Assembly: GCA_964016885.1 (NCBI GenBank)
Contig: CAXHJY010000603.1
Coordinates: forward strand, 29,270-93,269
Source of the DNA: Eledone cirrhosa
Taxonomy: Eukaryota
Direction: 5' to 3'
Length of the DNA stretch: 64,000 nucleotides
Below are positions 27,103 through 41,354 of the stretch, piece after piece. Under the pieces are notes generated by a model. The model made no database searches and was not told the origin of the DNA. It was given only the letters and a program-made list of their open reading frames with translations. Positions within the stretch are counted from its first letter, which is position 1, and the number at the start of each line of letters is the position of its first letter. A program made the translations under genes and the position numbers.

Positions 27103-28451
27103 ATAATATTATAAAATTAGATTGTTTAGAACTACAAGTGAAGCAGCTGAGGGTAAACAATATTCATTGTGTAATTTTTGGTTGGTGTACAAATGAATAA
27201 ATTGTTGCTACGAGACCTGGTCACCCGACCTAACTTGCCCCTCAATGGGACAAACCTGTCTAACCCATGTTAGTGTGGAATATAGACGTTAATCGATGAT
27301 GATGATGATGATGATGATGATGATAAACTTGAGTGTGTGTGTGTATGTAAGTCAAAAGTTAACAGAAACCTGCAAGGGTTATTTTGAGATTACAGATGAA
27401 GAATAAAGGGAGCATATTTTTCAGACTCACTTGAGAAGATTTAATTAAAGTCTCTTGACTTTCACCAATTCTTCCAATGATGTCTGCCCTCAATAATTTC
27501 CTTTCTCAGAAGTCTTTTCTTTAATGTATTATTATTATTATTTTGAAGGTATTTAGTAATGTTATAAAGAGAATATATATGTGTGTGTGTGTATGAGTGT
27601 GTATGTGTGTGGGGTTTAGGTGTGGGAAAAACTAGATAGTAGTAATGAGGTTGTATATGGGTGTGGTGGAGAGAAAGCAGTGGAGTTATTTAATACTATT
27701 GTTGGTGACTGTGTTCAGTGAAATGTAACAATATAGTTTTAAATATCAAATTGTTTTCATCTTTAGATTATTTTTAAATCGGATGTTAAGAGGTCACACA
27801 CAGGTGCACACACACAAGCACCACCACCACTACCACCACCACTACTACCACCACCAACACCACTACCACTAACACCACTACCACCACCACAACAACCACT
27901 ACCACTACCAACACTACCACCACCACAACAACCACTACCACTACCAACACTACCAACACCACCACCGTACCACAATTACCACTACCACCACAACCACCAC
28001 TACCATTAACACCACTACCACCACAACAACAACCACTACCACTACCAACACCACCACCACCACCACCACCATACCACAATTACTACTACCACTACCACCA
28101 CCACCAGCACCACCACCACCACCACCACTACTACCACCCCAACTACCAATACCACCACTACTACCACCACCACTACCACCACTACCACCACTAACACCAC
28201 TACCACCTCTACTACCACCACCACTAACACCACCACCACTACCATCACCAATACTACCACTAACACCACCACCACTACCACCACCAATACTACCACTACC
28301 ACCACCACCAACACCAATAAATGGAAACTATATCTATAAAACCATATTATTCTATTATATATATTTCAAGGGTACCATAAACTTTGAAGGAAAATTCAAC
28401 TGATAAGTTATGGTTTCTTTGGCTATGTCAACATTTATAAAACACCCTTTG

Positions 28452-28513
28452 TATTTTATCTGATGAAAGCGTACCAAAGATTTTGGTACCCTTCAAATAT
28501 ATATAATAGAATA
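28452..28513 (+). ncRNA. Hammerhead motif, family B (GAAA>CAAA, probably inactive)
   Basis: TATTTTAT-CTGATGA-AAGCGTACCAAA..TTTGGTACCCTT-CAAA TATATA TA-ATAGAATA; an inverted half-copy lies at 28315-28380. Confidence 0.7.
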
Positions 28514-28566
28514 AATATGGTTTTATAAATATAGTTTCCATTTATTTAGTATTATTGTATATATAC

Positions 28567-28605
<39 letters not shown>

Positions 28606-28794
28606 TGTAGATAAATCTACCAAGAGTTTACGGTAGTGTCCAATCCGTATGAAGAACTCAATGTATTCCGGATATCATGGAAAGAAGAGATGTAATGAAA
28701 ATCCACTTTCGGTGAAAGATAAACGGTATACAGAGTCAAGATAAAATATTAAACAAATAATGAACAAACAATTCCTTATATTAAACAAAAAAAG

Positions 28795-28949
28795 TTCACT
28801 ATTTAACGATCGTTTCTAGGGTATATATGTGTTATAATTGGTATGCATATTTAACAGATCTATGTACAAAATTATACAAAATTATACAAATTATCAAGAT
28901 TAAATATACATACCTAACTCATATATACGCCGTCTTCAGAAATAATGAA
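28795..28949 (-). ncRNA. Hammerhead motif, family A, in the sense-strand pLTR
   Basis: Reverse complement of 36305-36459. Confidence 0.8.
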
Positions 28950-29709
28950 GTATATTTATTGATAATAACAACAATACAAAATATCAGTTCAAAATTGACC
29001 AATGAAAAACACAAAGGGTTAAAAGCAGTTTGGTGTGTGTATATACATGTAAAAACCTTACACATATTTTACAATAATGTGTGTATAATTTGTATGTGCA
29101 TACTAAAAAGATGGATGCAACCACAAAATTTCAAGGTTAATATCTCTGTAAGCTTAATGCGCTGATAAGATACGCAATGATACTTATGGAGTCAAGCATA
29201 TAAATATATTTTTTTCATACTCACACATATCAGTATAATCACACATACATGTGCGTATATGCATAAATATACACATAACCACGAACATACAAACACACAC
29301 ACTCCCTCACTCACATTTATATATGTGGATATAAAATCATAAGCAAATAGAAATTAAGTCACTCACATAAAAACACTGGTACACACATTTCAAGATCAAG
29401 ATACAGAAATTAGGTGGGAGGGGGGGGGGGAGGGGTCAGTATTAGATTGTCAGACCAGACAGCCTAATATAAATGTATCTATAAATTAAGAAAAATAAAA
29501 AAATAAAAACAATAAAATATAATAAAATGTACATACACATACAGATATACATACACATACATACATGTACGCGCACATAGAGATATCTACACATACATAC
29601 ACACACACATACCTATACTGTCATACACACACATACATTTACACGAACATACACATACACATATAAAAAGATATAAATACACACACACTCACGCGCAACA
29701 CATACACAT

Positions 29710-29750
<41 letters not shown>

Positions 29751-30314
29751 TATACACACACACATAGACTCATATATATATATATACATATACATATATA
29801 TATACACAAACATATATATCCCCACACTCATACCACCATAAATACACATACAAACACCCACATGTATATATATATATATATATATATACATATCCACATA
29901 CACACACGTACACATATATATACATATATACATACATACACACATACATATATATATATACACACACACATAAAAAACAGACATGCACATATATATATAT
30001 ATATATATATTTCATTACTCTTATATATACACATAGTATATATACATACACAACCTCACTTATACACATATACACATAAGTTATATTACAATAATAATAA
30101 AGAATAATATATATATATATACATATATACATACACACATATACATATATACATATATATATATATATACACATACATACATACACATACATACATACAC
30201 CTAAATATATACATACATAAATACACACATACGAATAAAGACATATATTCACACATAGACACCTATATACACATATACACATATATATATATATATATAT
30301 ATATCTATATATAT

Positions 30315-30357
<43 letters not shown>

Positions 30358-32116
30358 CACACACACACACACACACAGACACACATACACACTCACATAT
30401 ATATATATATATATATGTGTGTATGTGAGTGTGCGCAAATTCATATATATATACACACACACATACAAACACACACAAACACATACATATGCATACGTGC
30501 ACACATACACACATATATCACATAGATACGAAGATAAACATATAAATAGAGAGACATACAAATATATACAGAACCCATATACACATACATACAAACACGC
30601 ATATACATATACATACATATATACACATATATATATATTCCTATATACAAGCATACACATACATACACATATATACATATACATACACATATACATACTA
30701 CACATTCACATACACATACATATATAATACATATATATACATATATATACATACATATGTATGCACAATCATATATACACACTCAATCTTACATTCATAT
30801 TTACATGCTCATATATGTATTTTTATATTTAGAAATAAATACCAAAACCTATATAGACACCCACCTACACATATATTCATATATATACGCTTACAAAAAC
30901 AGATGATAATAGTATGGGGGAAAGGGGGGGTTTGGAGAAGGGGATCAAAGTAAATATATGTTTCAAGAAACATATAATATTTTCCGTATCTTAATTCAAT
31001 GTATGTTCTTACATATTTTCAGTGCTAGGAAATACGAAATCTATGCATCCCAAAATAAAAAAGTATACCATTAATCATATGTTAACTAAACCAAAGATAG
31101 TCAACATATTGATTTCCAAGGTGTAAATTAGTTAGGTTTATAATATTTGAAGCAGAATTATGAAGTCAAACAGTAGTAGATTATTAATTACATTATAACT
31201 AAATTAAAGTTAATAACGTTATGGTATCAATATTAGGAGATGAATTTAGTAATAGGGAAAAGAAACCCAAATAAAAATAAAATAAAGTATTACATCGGTA
31301 GTAGCATATAAATTATATGTTAACTAAATTAAAAATTATATATTTATTTCAATAGTATACGTTAATTAGTATATGTTAATTAGGTATACAATACATAAAG
31401 CAGATATTGTATTTCATCAATAGCATAATATAATTATATGCAAATAAAAATCAAAATTAATACGCATACATATACATATACATACACATACACATATATA
31501 TACATATACACACATATATATATATATACATATACACATATATACACATATATACATATATAGTCACATAAATATACAAACAGATACACATACAACACAC
31601 ACATATACATATACATATAGATATACATATCTTTTTCAAAAAATTGCACAGAATATATTAACTAGGTATATATCCAAAACACATCCCATTCTATGATTAC
31701 ATGACATTCTGCAATTCGTCTGTACAAGGATACTAATTTTAAGCAAATTAAAATTAAAGTTTTAGGTTGATTAAAACTAAAACCAAATAATAAATATATT
31801 TCCAAAATGTATATTAATTAGGTCTATAATACTAAAAATTCTTTCTCCGTCATAGGATACATGATATTATTTTGTTATATTTTATCTGTAAAAGAATTAT
31901 AATAAAATAAATTATAATAAAAAAAATTATAATAAAAGGTTAAAATAAATTAAAATTAATCTATAAATTAAATTACTGAGTATATATTAGTAATATTTAA
32001 AGGTTTTTCAAAATTTATGATTACATAATATTTTCTCATCTGTAATAAAATATTAATTAAATTAAATTTATAGGTTAACTAACATTTAAATTAAATTAAA
32101 TTCTAGAATAATGTTA

Positions 32117-34106
32117 TTAATTAGGTTTATAATATTTAAATGTTTTTTTTAGTTTATGATTACACGATATAATTAATTCCTGTCTTTTATTTAATAAGAT
32201 ATCCCTAGACTTCATTATTTCAAATAGTTCTTGGGAACATAATCTACATTCCTTTCTATTATTTTGATAAGGGGTGGCTCTTTTGAGCACACTCCAGGTC
32301 AAATCATATTTTATATTTTTATTTTTATAACTATTGATTTTTTCTGCTAGAGATGTTGTATTAGCCAGTGCGGCATTTTTAAAGCTATGTTTGTGGGTAT
32401 TATACCTTGTCTTAAAATTGTTAGAGGTAGCTCCTATATATGAGCAAATAGAATCTTTAGTTTTAACATTACATTTATAGACTATGTTGTTAACAAGACA
32501 ATTCCCTTTTAATGGGCAGTTTGTTTTGTTTCTACAGTTACATCCTTTCGTTAATTCTGTATTTGAGGAGATATTATTGTTAATTTGATGTACTGGTGGT
32601 ATACTTATGGTTTTCTTACATTTATATGCATTATATGCACTTATATTTTGTTTTATGTTATTTGTTGTAGAGTATGAGAATTTAACTGTAGACCTATTTA
32701 AGATTTGATGGTATTTGTGGTTTGGCGGGAAATTTTTCTCAAGGATATAAAAAAATTTTTTAGCAATATTATCCTTAACTTGTAAATTAAAAGGAGCATT
32801 ATACCAAGTAACTCGTCTATTACGGTTTCTATGTTGTTTATTATTTTTATTATTTTTATATGTTGTATCATGATTTTTACTAGGAGGATTAATGTTAATG
32901 ATCTCACCACAACTATTTTTAGTTATATTTGTAGATTTAGGTGTTTTATCTTTTTTATTAGGAGTTTTATTATTAATATTTATTATAGTCGTATGATGAG
33001 TAGTTTTTTGAGGGTTACTATACTTTATATTAGAAGATTTAGTATTTTGGGGTATACTGTGGGTGGCATTTAGGTGTGTACTTTTCATTTGGTGTTTGTT
33101 GGTAATATTATGCTGTATGCTTTCAGTATTTTTAGTAGAAGGTATATACTCTAATCTATTTTTGTGGCCACTTCTATCTAGAGCTTCATTATAAAAGGTC
33201 GCATTTTTATCAAATACATCTTGGTTAGAAGAAAGGTTAGAAATTCTAAGTGATATATTATATGCAAGGTTTTTAAGGATAGATTTAGGGTGATTAGATT
33301 GTGAGTGTATGTAATGTAATTTTTGGTTAGGTTTATGGTAAGGTTGGTATATACCCGTAGCTAAATCTAAAGTTATATCTAGGAAATTTACTACTTTACT
33401 TGTTTTTTCAAAAGTAATATTAAGATTATAATAGTCTTTAAGGAAAGTTCTAATATGCTTTTTGTTTTTTTCGATTTCTGAAAGGCTAAGGTTGTTAGAA
33501 AGAAGAAGACAGTCATCACGATATAAACCACCTTTGAGGTGGGGAAAAGAGGCATTTATGTTGAAAAGGAGAAAGAGGCCCACAAGATCAGTAATTTGGG
33601 CGGAATCGCTTGAACCCATAGTAATATCAAAAAGATTACTGTAAGTGTTTCTGGTCCAGTATTCATTCTGAAATTCAATAAGTGTTTGTCTAGCATGTGT
33701 AATAATGTTAATGTCATCCGAAGTTAAATTAGATCTATTTTTAGCAAATATTAATGCTTTGTTCAGGAGTATGGGTGATATAGAAGAATAGTAATTATCT
33801 ATATCAAATTGTAGGAAAGAAGCAGAAGATTTACACCTAATATTTTTAAACCAATTAATTACCTGGGAGGTGTTTTCCCAGAGTGGTAAAATAACATATT
33901 TTCTTATTTGAGGGATGACTCTATCTAAAATTTTTTTGCTAATTATTCCAATATCTGATTTGGAGGGACATATAAGTCTAATAGAAGGATTAGAGTTAAA
34001 GTTAGATTTGTGATCTTTCAGGTTGAAGTGTGGACTTTTCAATGCCAAAGGTTCAGTTCTATCTTCAATATTTAGTTTTTTTACTATGTTGTGTGTTTTG
34101 TTGTTG
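32117..34106 (-). CDS. PLE reverse transcriptase with C-terminal GIY-YIG endonuclease (N-terminus missing)
   Basis: LKDHK..RLI.P.KS; FDIDNYY; TMGS; LYRDD; NFLDI; CNCRNKTNC (CxCx5C); NIVY..YIG..RYNTH..CRLC..E. The frame stays open up to the inversion junction. Confidence 0.93.
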
Positions 34107-35660
34107 TTTATTTTATTATAATTCTTTTACAGATAAAATATAACAAAATAATATCATGTATCCTATGACGGAGAAAGAATTTTTAGTATTATAGACCTAA
34201 TTAATATACATTTTGGAAATATATTTATTATTTGGTTTTAGTTTTAATCAACCTAAAACTTTAATTTTAATTTGCTTAAAATTAGTATCCTTGTACAGAC
34301 GAATTGCAGAATGTCATGTAATCATAGAATGGGATGTGTTTTGGATATATACCTAGTTAATATATTCTGTGCAATTTTTTGAAAAAGATATGTATATCTA
34401 TATGTATATGTATATGTGTGTGTTGTATGTGTATCTGTTTGTATATTTATGTGACTATATATGTATATATGTGTATATATGTGTATATGTATATATATAT
34501 ATATGTGTGTATATGTATATATATGTGTATGTGTATGTATATGTATATGTATGCGTATTAATTTTGATTTTTATTTGCATATAATTATATTATGCTATTG
34601 ATGAAATACAATATCTGCTTTATGTATTGTATACCTAATTAACATATACTAATTAACGTATACTATTGAAATAAATATATAATTTTTAATTTAGTTAACA
34701 TATAATTTATATGCTACTACCGATGTAATACTTTATTTTATTTTTATTTGGGTTTCTTTTCCCTATTACTAAATTCATCTCCTAATATTGATACCATAAC
34801 GTTATTAACTTTAATTTAGTTATAATGTAATTAATAATCTACTACTGTTTGACTTCATAATTCTGCTTCAAATATTATAAACCTAACTAATTTACACTTT
34901 GGAAATCAATATGTTGACTATCTTTGGTTTAGTTAACATATGATTAATGGTATACTTTTTTATTTTGGGATGCATAGATTTCGTATTTCCTAGCACTGAA
35001 AATATGTAAGAACATACATTGAATTAAGATACGGAAAATATTATATGTTTCTTGAAACATATATTTACTTTGATCCCCTTCTCCAAACCCCCCCTTTCCC
35101 CCATACTATTATCATCTGTTTTTGTAAGCGTATATATATGAATATATGTGTAGGTGGGTGTCTATATAGGTTTTGGTATTTATTTCTAAATATAAAAATA
35201 CATATATGAGCATGTAAATATGAATGTAAGATTGAGTGTGTATATATGATTGTGCATACATATGTATGTATATATATGTATATATATGTATTATATATGT
35301 ATGTGTATGTGAATGTGTAGTATGTATATGTGTATGTATATGTATATATGTGTATGTATGTGTATGCTTGTATATAGGAATATATATATATGTGTATATA
35401 TGTATGTATATGTATATGCGTGTTTGTATGTATGTGTATATGGGTTCTGTATATATTTGTATGTCTCTCTATTTATATGTTTATCTTCGTATCTATGTGA
35501 TATATGTGTGTATGTGTGCACGTATGCATATGTATGTGTTTGTGTGTGTTTGTATGTGTGTGTGTATATATATATGAATTTGCGCACACTCACATACACA
35601 CATATATATATATATATATATGTGAGTGTGTATGTGTGTCTGTGTGTGTGTGTGTGTGTG

Positions 35661-35703
<43 letters not shown>

Positions 35704-36304
35704 ATGTATATCTGTATGTGTATGTACATTTTATTATATTTTATTGTTTTTATTTTTTTATTTTTCTTAATTTATAGATACATTTATATTAGGCTGTCTG
35801 GTCTGACAATCTAATACTGACCCCTCCCCCCCCCTCCCACCTAATTTCTGTATCTTGATCTTGAAATGTGTGTACCAGTGTTTTTATGTGAGTGACTTAA
35901 TTTCTATTTGCTTATGATTTTATATCCACATATATAAATGTGAGTGAGGGAGTGTGTGTGTTTGTATGTTCGTGGTTATGTGTATATTTATGCATATACG
36001 CACATGTATGTGTGATTATACTGATATGTGTGAGTATGAAAAAAATATATTTATATGCTTGACTCCATAAGTATCATTGCGTATCTTATCAGCGCATTAA
36101 GCTTACAGAGATATTAACCTTGAAATTTTGTGGTTGCATCCATCTTTTTAGTATGCACATACAAATTATACACACATTATTGTAAAATATGTGTAAGGTT
36201 TTTACATGTATATACACACACCAAACTGCTTTTAACCCTTTGTGTTTTTCATTGGTCAATTTTGAACTGATATTTTGTATTGTTGTTATTATCAATAAAT
36301 ATAC

Positions 36305-36459
36305 TTCATTATTTCTGAAGACGGCGTATATATGAGTTAGGTATGTATATTTAATCTTGATAATTTGTATAATTTTGTATAATTTTGTACATAGATCTGT
36401 TAAATATGCATACCAATTATAACACATATATACCCTAGAAACGATCGTTAAATAGTGAA
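36305..36459 (+). ncRNA. Hammerhead motif, family A, in the inverted arm
   Basis: 10-bp stem I TTCATTATTT/AAATAGTGAA; CTGAAGA at 36315-36321; GAAAC GATC GTT at 36438-36449. Confidence 0.82.
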
Positions 36460-36504
36460 CTTTTTTTGTTTAATATAAGGAATTGTTTGTTCATTATTTG
36501 TTTA

Positions 36505-36582
<78 letters not shown>

Positions 36583-36583
<1 letters not shown>

Positions 36584-37551
36584 CTTTAGGTTTGTTGGTT
36601 CACCACTGGATAGAACTGGTCATTCCGTATGGTCAATCTTGGTGTAATATTATGGAGAGTACTCAACGTAGTGCAGTTCACCCATCTTCGTTTGTGTAGT
36701 TGGTGGTGCGAATACGGAGTTAATTATAAATAAAATAACAGTAGACTGGACTGGTGTAAATCCTTGAAAGGTTTATTATACTATGATCATTTCAATGACA
36801 GGGTTCCATATGAATCCGGTGATATCATCAGGTATTGGAATATAACAAAGGAATATATAAAAAAACCATGGGTCCGAAAAATCAGAGACAGAGACAAAGA
36901 GGACGACTGACCAACTAGCTGCCTTCACCTCGGCCAGTCGCCCTCAAACTGAATCTATTAATGACCATCTGGTGAGGGGGCGAAGGCTTATAATGCATTA
37001 TCACCACTCCGTCAAAGAAAAAGGGGAAGAAAGAAGAAAAAAAGGAAGAAAGAAGTCCGCGTAAGGGTCACACTACATTCATGCTAGAAAATGCCGCGAA
37101 AAATGCTTTCTCCAAAGAATCTATATTTAACAAAGGCATATGGTGGGTGTCTGTCTGGTCTAATGTGTGAACCGAAGATTGGAACGTTAAAACTTATGTT
37201 ACGAGTTTTAGGATGAAATTACATTAAATTCAAAAATATTAAATTGCAAAATGATAAATAAATTCTTAGAAAATTAAAGGTTAAGGTAGCGAGATTTATT
37301 TAATGAACTTACAGAGAGAGTCTTATATGATAAAATTAATCTCGATAAGATATCAGGATGGGATATAGGGTAAAGATTTGAATTGTGTCTGTCTCTGTCT
37401 CTGATTTTTCGGACCCATGGTTTTTTTACATATTCCTTTGTTATATTCCAATACCTGATGATATCACCGGATTCATATGGAACCCGGTCATTGAAATGAT
37501 CATAGTATAATAAACCTTTCAAGGATTTACACCAGTCCAGTCTACTGTTAT

Positions 37552-37560
<9 letters not shown>
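36583..37560. mobile_element. Non-coding inverted-arm + tail element with hammerhead family D
   Basis: Inverted arms ~36726-36896 and ~37386-37560; tail 36583-36725; (TA)n on both sides. Confidence 0.82.
37451..37508 (+). ncRNA. Hammerhead motif, family D (mirror copy at 36778-36835, minus)
   Basis: ATAC-CTGATGA-TATCACCGG..CCCGGTCATT-GAAA TGATCA TA-GTAT. Confidence 0.75.
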
Positions 37561-37625
<65 letters not shown>

Positions 37626-37686
37626 TATACATACCTGAATGTGTATAATATATATATATGTATATAAGTATACATACCTGTGTATA

Positions 37687-38705
37687 ATCATCATCATCAT
37701 CAACGTTTAACATCTATCTTCCACACTAGCATGGGTTTAGATGGGAATTGTCGCACTTGAGGCAAGATTGATCGGGTGACCATGTCTCGCTCATATAGGA
37801 CCATCTGGCAGGTTTTCTACGGCTGGATGCCCTTCCTAACACCAACCACGTTTACAGTGTGGACTGGGAGGTTTTTACTGTGTTACCTACACAGCCACAT
37901 TACAGCGTCGACTGTGTGTTTGTTTGTCGTGACACCTTCACAACTTCATTTATTTAGGACTGGATGTTGTGGTACCAACATAACTTTACAGAAAGAGGGT
38001 GGGGTTGGTGGGAGTGGTGTGGATGGAGTAGGGATTGTGGGATTGGGGTGTATATTTGATTAGGAGGTGCCTACTGACTGTAGGTTTCGCTTTGTATTTA
38101 GGCAAGGCGGTCCTTCTGTATAACTGTGTAACGCCAAAGAGCTCCGTCCAGTGATATCGTCTTAGAGAGGTGCAAGTGTGTGAGGTCAGAATTTATCAGA
38201 TCGTCCCAGGTTTTTCTGGGTCTACCTACTCCGTAACTTCCATCAATTTTGATCGCCCCTGCACTTTTTTATACAGCTGTCGTCTTTCATGCGCATCACG
38301 TGACCATACCAACGTAGTCTTCTCTCAAGTAAACAACATCTGATCCCTCTTATTCCTAATTTCTCACTTAGTTCATTTATGCTTTGCCGTTCACGTATGT
38401 TACTATTATGCATCCAGCGGACCAGTCTACGCAGGTCCTCTGCACACAATGCCCAAGTCTCACTGCCATGTAGCATTGCTGTTCGTATACAGGCATCATA
38501 CAGCCTGCCTTTCATTTTTAGGGAGAACCCTTTAGCGGCCAATAGCGGTATAAGCTCTCTGAACTTTTTCCACCCCCGTTCTGACTCTGGCTACTGTACT
38601 TTCAGAACACCCTCCACCACTGCTGATTTCAGCACCCAGGTAACGGAAAGTGTCCGCTATTTCTATACAACCATCTGGGCAATAGAAGGAGCTAGTATCC
38701 TGTGG
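37687..38705 (-). mobile_element. RTE LINE 3' fragment, paralog of 18880-19921
   Basis: Same motifs and the same 3' flank as the 19-kb copy. Confidence 0.9.
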
Positions 38706-38978
38706 ATATATATATCTATAATATACTAGACCACCCGTGACCCGATGGGTCATGTTCACTTAAAAGATAATTTTAAAATAATCAACATATACACAGATTG
38801 TAAAATAAAATTGGAAGGCCCAGATATATATATATGTGTGAGTGTGAGTATATATAAACCGGTCACAGACACACACACATACATATATATACGCACACAC
38901 ACACACATATATATATGTATATATATATTCACACACATATATATATAATGTATATATATTATATATATATATATATAT

Positions 38979-39009
<31 letters not shown>

Positions 39010-39029
39010 ATATATATATATACATACAT

Positions 39030-39450
39030 AAATTTTGAGTATATGTTGGTTGTTTACCGACACCTCAGTATGCAGATTGGAGCACCCGACGAAGTACGCC
39101 GGTTGGTTTGGTTACTCCGGAGTTATGTAAAATAATTAAGTCAAATATTTAAAATTTAGCTTCGTTTATTAAAGATGCACTGCTATATATATTTTGGTGG
39201 CAGCCATCCTTGGCTGTGACCTCTTCAGGCAGTTCGAATTGGGGTGGTAGAGACATGTACACATGTTGTTGAAGTGTTTAACTCCGTCAATACTCCGATA
39301 TGTCCAGCTCCTGATTGTACCTGTCTCTACCACACCAATTCGGACTGCCTGAAGAGGTCACAGCCAAGGAGGGCTGTCACCGAAATATATATAGAACAGT
39401 ACATCTTTAATAAACGATGTCAAATTTTAAATATTTGACTTAATTATTTT
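39030..39450. mobile_element. Inverted-arm + tail element with hammerhead family E
   Basis: Arms ~39129-39262 and ~39316-39450; left tail. Confidence 0.8.
39344..39400 (+). ncRNA. Hammerhead motif, family E (mirror copy at 39179-39233, minus)
   Basis: ACTGC-CTGAAGA-GGTCACAGCC AAGGAG GGCTGTCACC-GAAA TATATA TA-GAACAGT; the mirror copy ends in GCAGT. Confidence 0.78.
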
Positions 39451-39738
39451 ATTTTATATATATACATATATATATGTCTGTGTGTGTATATATGTATATG
39501 CACAGTCACAGACACCTGCGTATATATATATATACGCACACACACACACACACGCATATATATATATATATACACATACAGACTCGTATATATATATATA
39601 CACTCACATATATATATATATATATTCACACACACACACACATATATATTATATATTCACACACACACACATATATATATATTCACACACACACACACAT
39701 ATATTATATATTCACACACACACACACATATATATATT

Positions 39739-39775
<37 letters not shown>

Positions 39776-39993
39776 TCACACAGACACACACATTCTTAGA
39801 AACCCTTTCTATTTATCAGGATGCAGTAATGCTGTTTTCGTATCTTTGAAGTCACCAGTTGTAATTTCATTCAACAACACCACCAGCTTTCTCTCTCTCT
39901 CCCATCTCCTTCTCTGTCTCCTCTCACTATGTCTCTCTTTCAATCTACTCTCTCACAACCACTATCTCTTTCTCTTTATCCGTCTCTCTCTAA

Positions 39994-40431
39994 AGGTAAA
40001 TGTACAATCCCATTTTTATAACTTTACAACACCTGGACAGACTCACAGAAGAGTATGTTTCACCAAAAACAGTGTCAGAACCATAAAATCCCAGGGCTTA
40101 TCAACAGGTGTGGAGATATGGACTGCACTTCTAAGGAGACTTTAGATAATGTCATACGTGGAGAGTGGATGAATGAAAACACACACGCCAAACAGTATGT
40201 AGTGGCTTGAATGGATCGAAAAGCCACTAGAAATAGCAGCCTATAAAATTTCAACTTAAAAAGCCCAACAAAGAGAAAATTCATTGGGAGGTAAAAAGAA
40301 AAAGCTGAGTTAAAGACTCGCGTTAATCCCCTGTAATTTAATGAGATCAGAGTATAAGTGCGGGGCTCTTCTTTGAGCCTGTCCAGGTGTTGTATAGTTA
40401 TAAAAGGGGGTTTGTACATTTTAATTTACCT
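39994..40431. mobile_element. MITE with ~55-bp imperfect TIRs, Kolobok-like ends
   Basis: AGGTAAATGTACAATCCC..CACCTGGACAG / CTGTCCAGGTG..TTTACCT; flanks resemble a degenerate TTAA. Confidence 0.65.
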
Positions 40432-40545
40432 TTTAAATTATCATGTATTTTCCAAATTTTTCGTAGACTTTATGCCTTTCACTCTAGTGGGTTTCTACCC
40501 TTTGTAATTCAAAACATACTTTTTTGTGTGTTCCTTTCCATATAT

Positions 40546-40619
<74 letters not shown>

Positions 40620-40627
<8 letters not shown>

Positions 40628-40750
40628 TAACAGATTAAAGTTAAAGCAAAAATCGTTGCTTTCACCCTTGACGGGATCATCTGAAAATCGGATCCCATTA
40701 AGGGTGAAAGCAGCGATTCTTTGCTTAAACTTTAATCTGTTATTTTAATA
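40620..40750. repeat. ~130-bp imperfect palindrome with a partial hammerhead-like core
   Basis: ATTAAAATAACAGATTAAAG../..CTTTAATCTGTTATTTTAAT; contains GA TCCC..GGGT GAAA. Confidence 0.7.
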
Positions 40751-40778
40751 AATATTTGCTCTACAGTTTTATATATAT

Positions 40779-41157
40779 GGAGGCACATGGCTTAGTGATT
40801 AGAGCATTGGCCTAGCAATCGAAAGGTCGTGAGTTCAATTCTCAGACCGGGTGATGTGTTGTTTCCTTGAGCAAGACACTTTATTTCACATTGCTCCAGT
40901 TTACTCAGCTGTAGAAATGAGATGATAGGTACTGGGGTCCCTATCATTCCATTGTAAAGTGGTTGTGGAGGTACCATGGCAAAAAAGCACCCAGCCCACA
41001 CTGTAAAGAAGACACAGAAAAAAAGCACCCAGCACTCACTGTAAATGAGGTTGGTGTTAGGGAGGGCATCCAGCTGTAGAAATCAAGCCAGAATCAGTTC
41101 CCGTCCCACCCTTGCAAGCAGGGAAAAGTGGACGTAAAATTATGATGATGATGATGA
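40779..41157 (+). mobile_element. SINE family A, full length
   Basis: Same head, body and tail as 5039-5376. Confidence 0.9.
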
Positions 41158-41354
41158 TTTATCCTTATCAAGCCCTCTTTGGATTTTAGTCTTCACATTT
41201 ATTATTATTACTATATATATACATATATATATATAATTCTGAAAATACTCAACAATTTGAAGGTATTTAATAATATTATAAAGAATATATATACATATAG
41301 TATCTGTACGGTGTTAAACAAAATACTTTGTGGTATCTAGTTCCAAATTTCTAT

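Larger units (their letters stand above)
26590..28560. repeat. Right arm of the inverted duplication (partner 20000-21395)
   Basis: Reverse-complement match with an extra SINE (26931-27102) and a longer (ACC)n tract. Confidence 0.9.
28607..36513 (-). mobile_element. Penelope-like retroelement (Naiad type), 5'-truncated, with inverted pseudo-LTR
   Basis: RT + GIY-YIG ORF; inverted arms 28741-31911 and 34107-36513; unique tail 28607-28740; (TA)n on both sides. Confidence 0.93.

Noticed and set aside
28827-29165. Identical 112-aa ORF pair (with 36089-36427)
   Set aside because: A by-product of the inverted pLTR arms, antisense to the hammerhead region, with no recognisable protein features.
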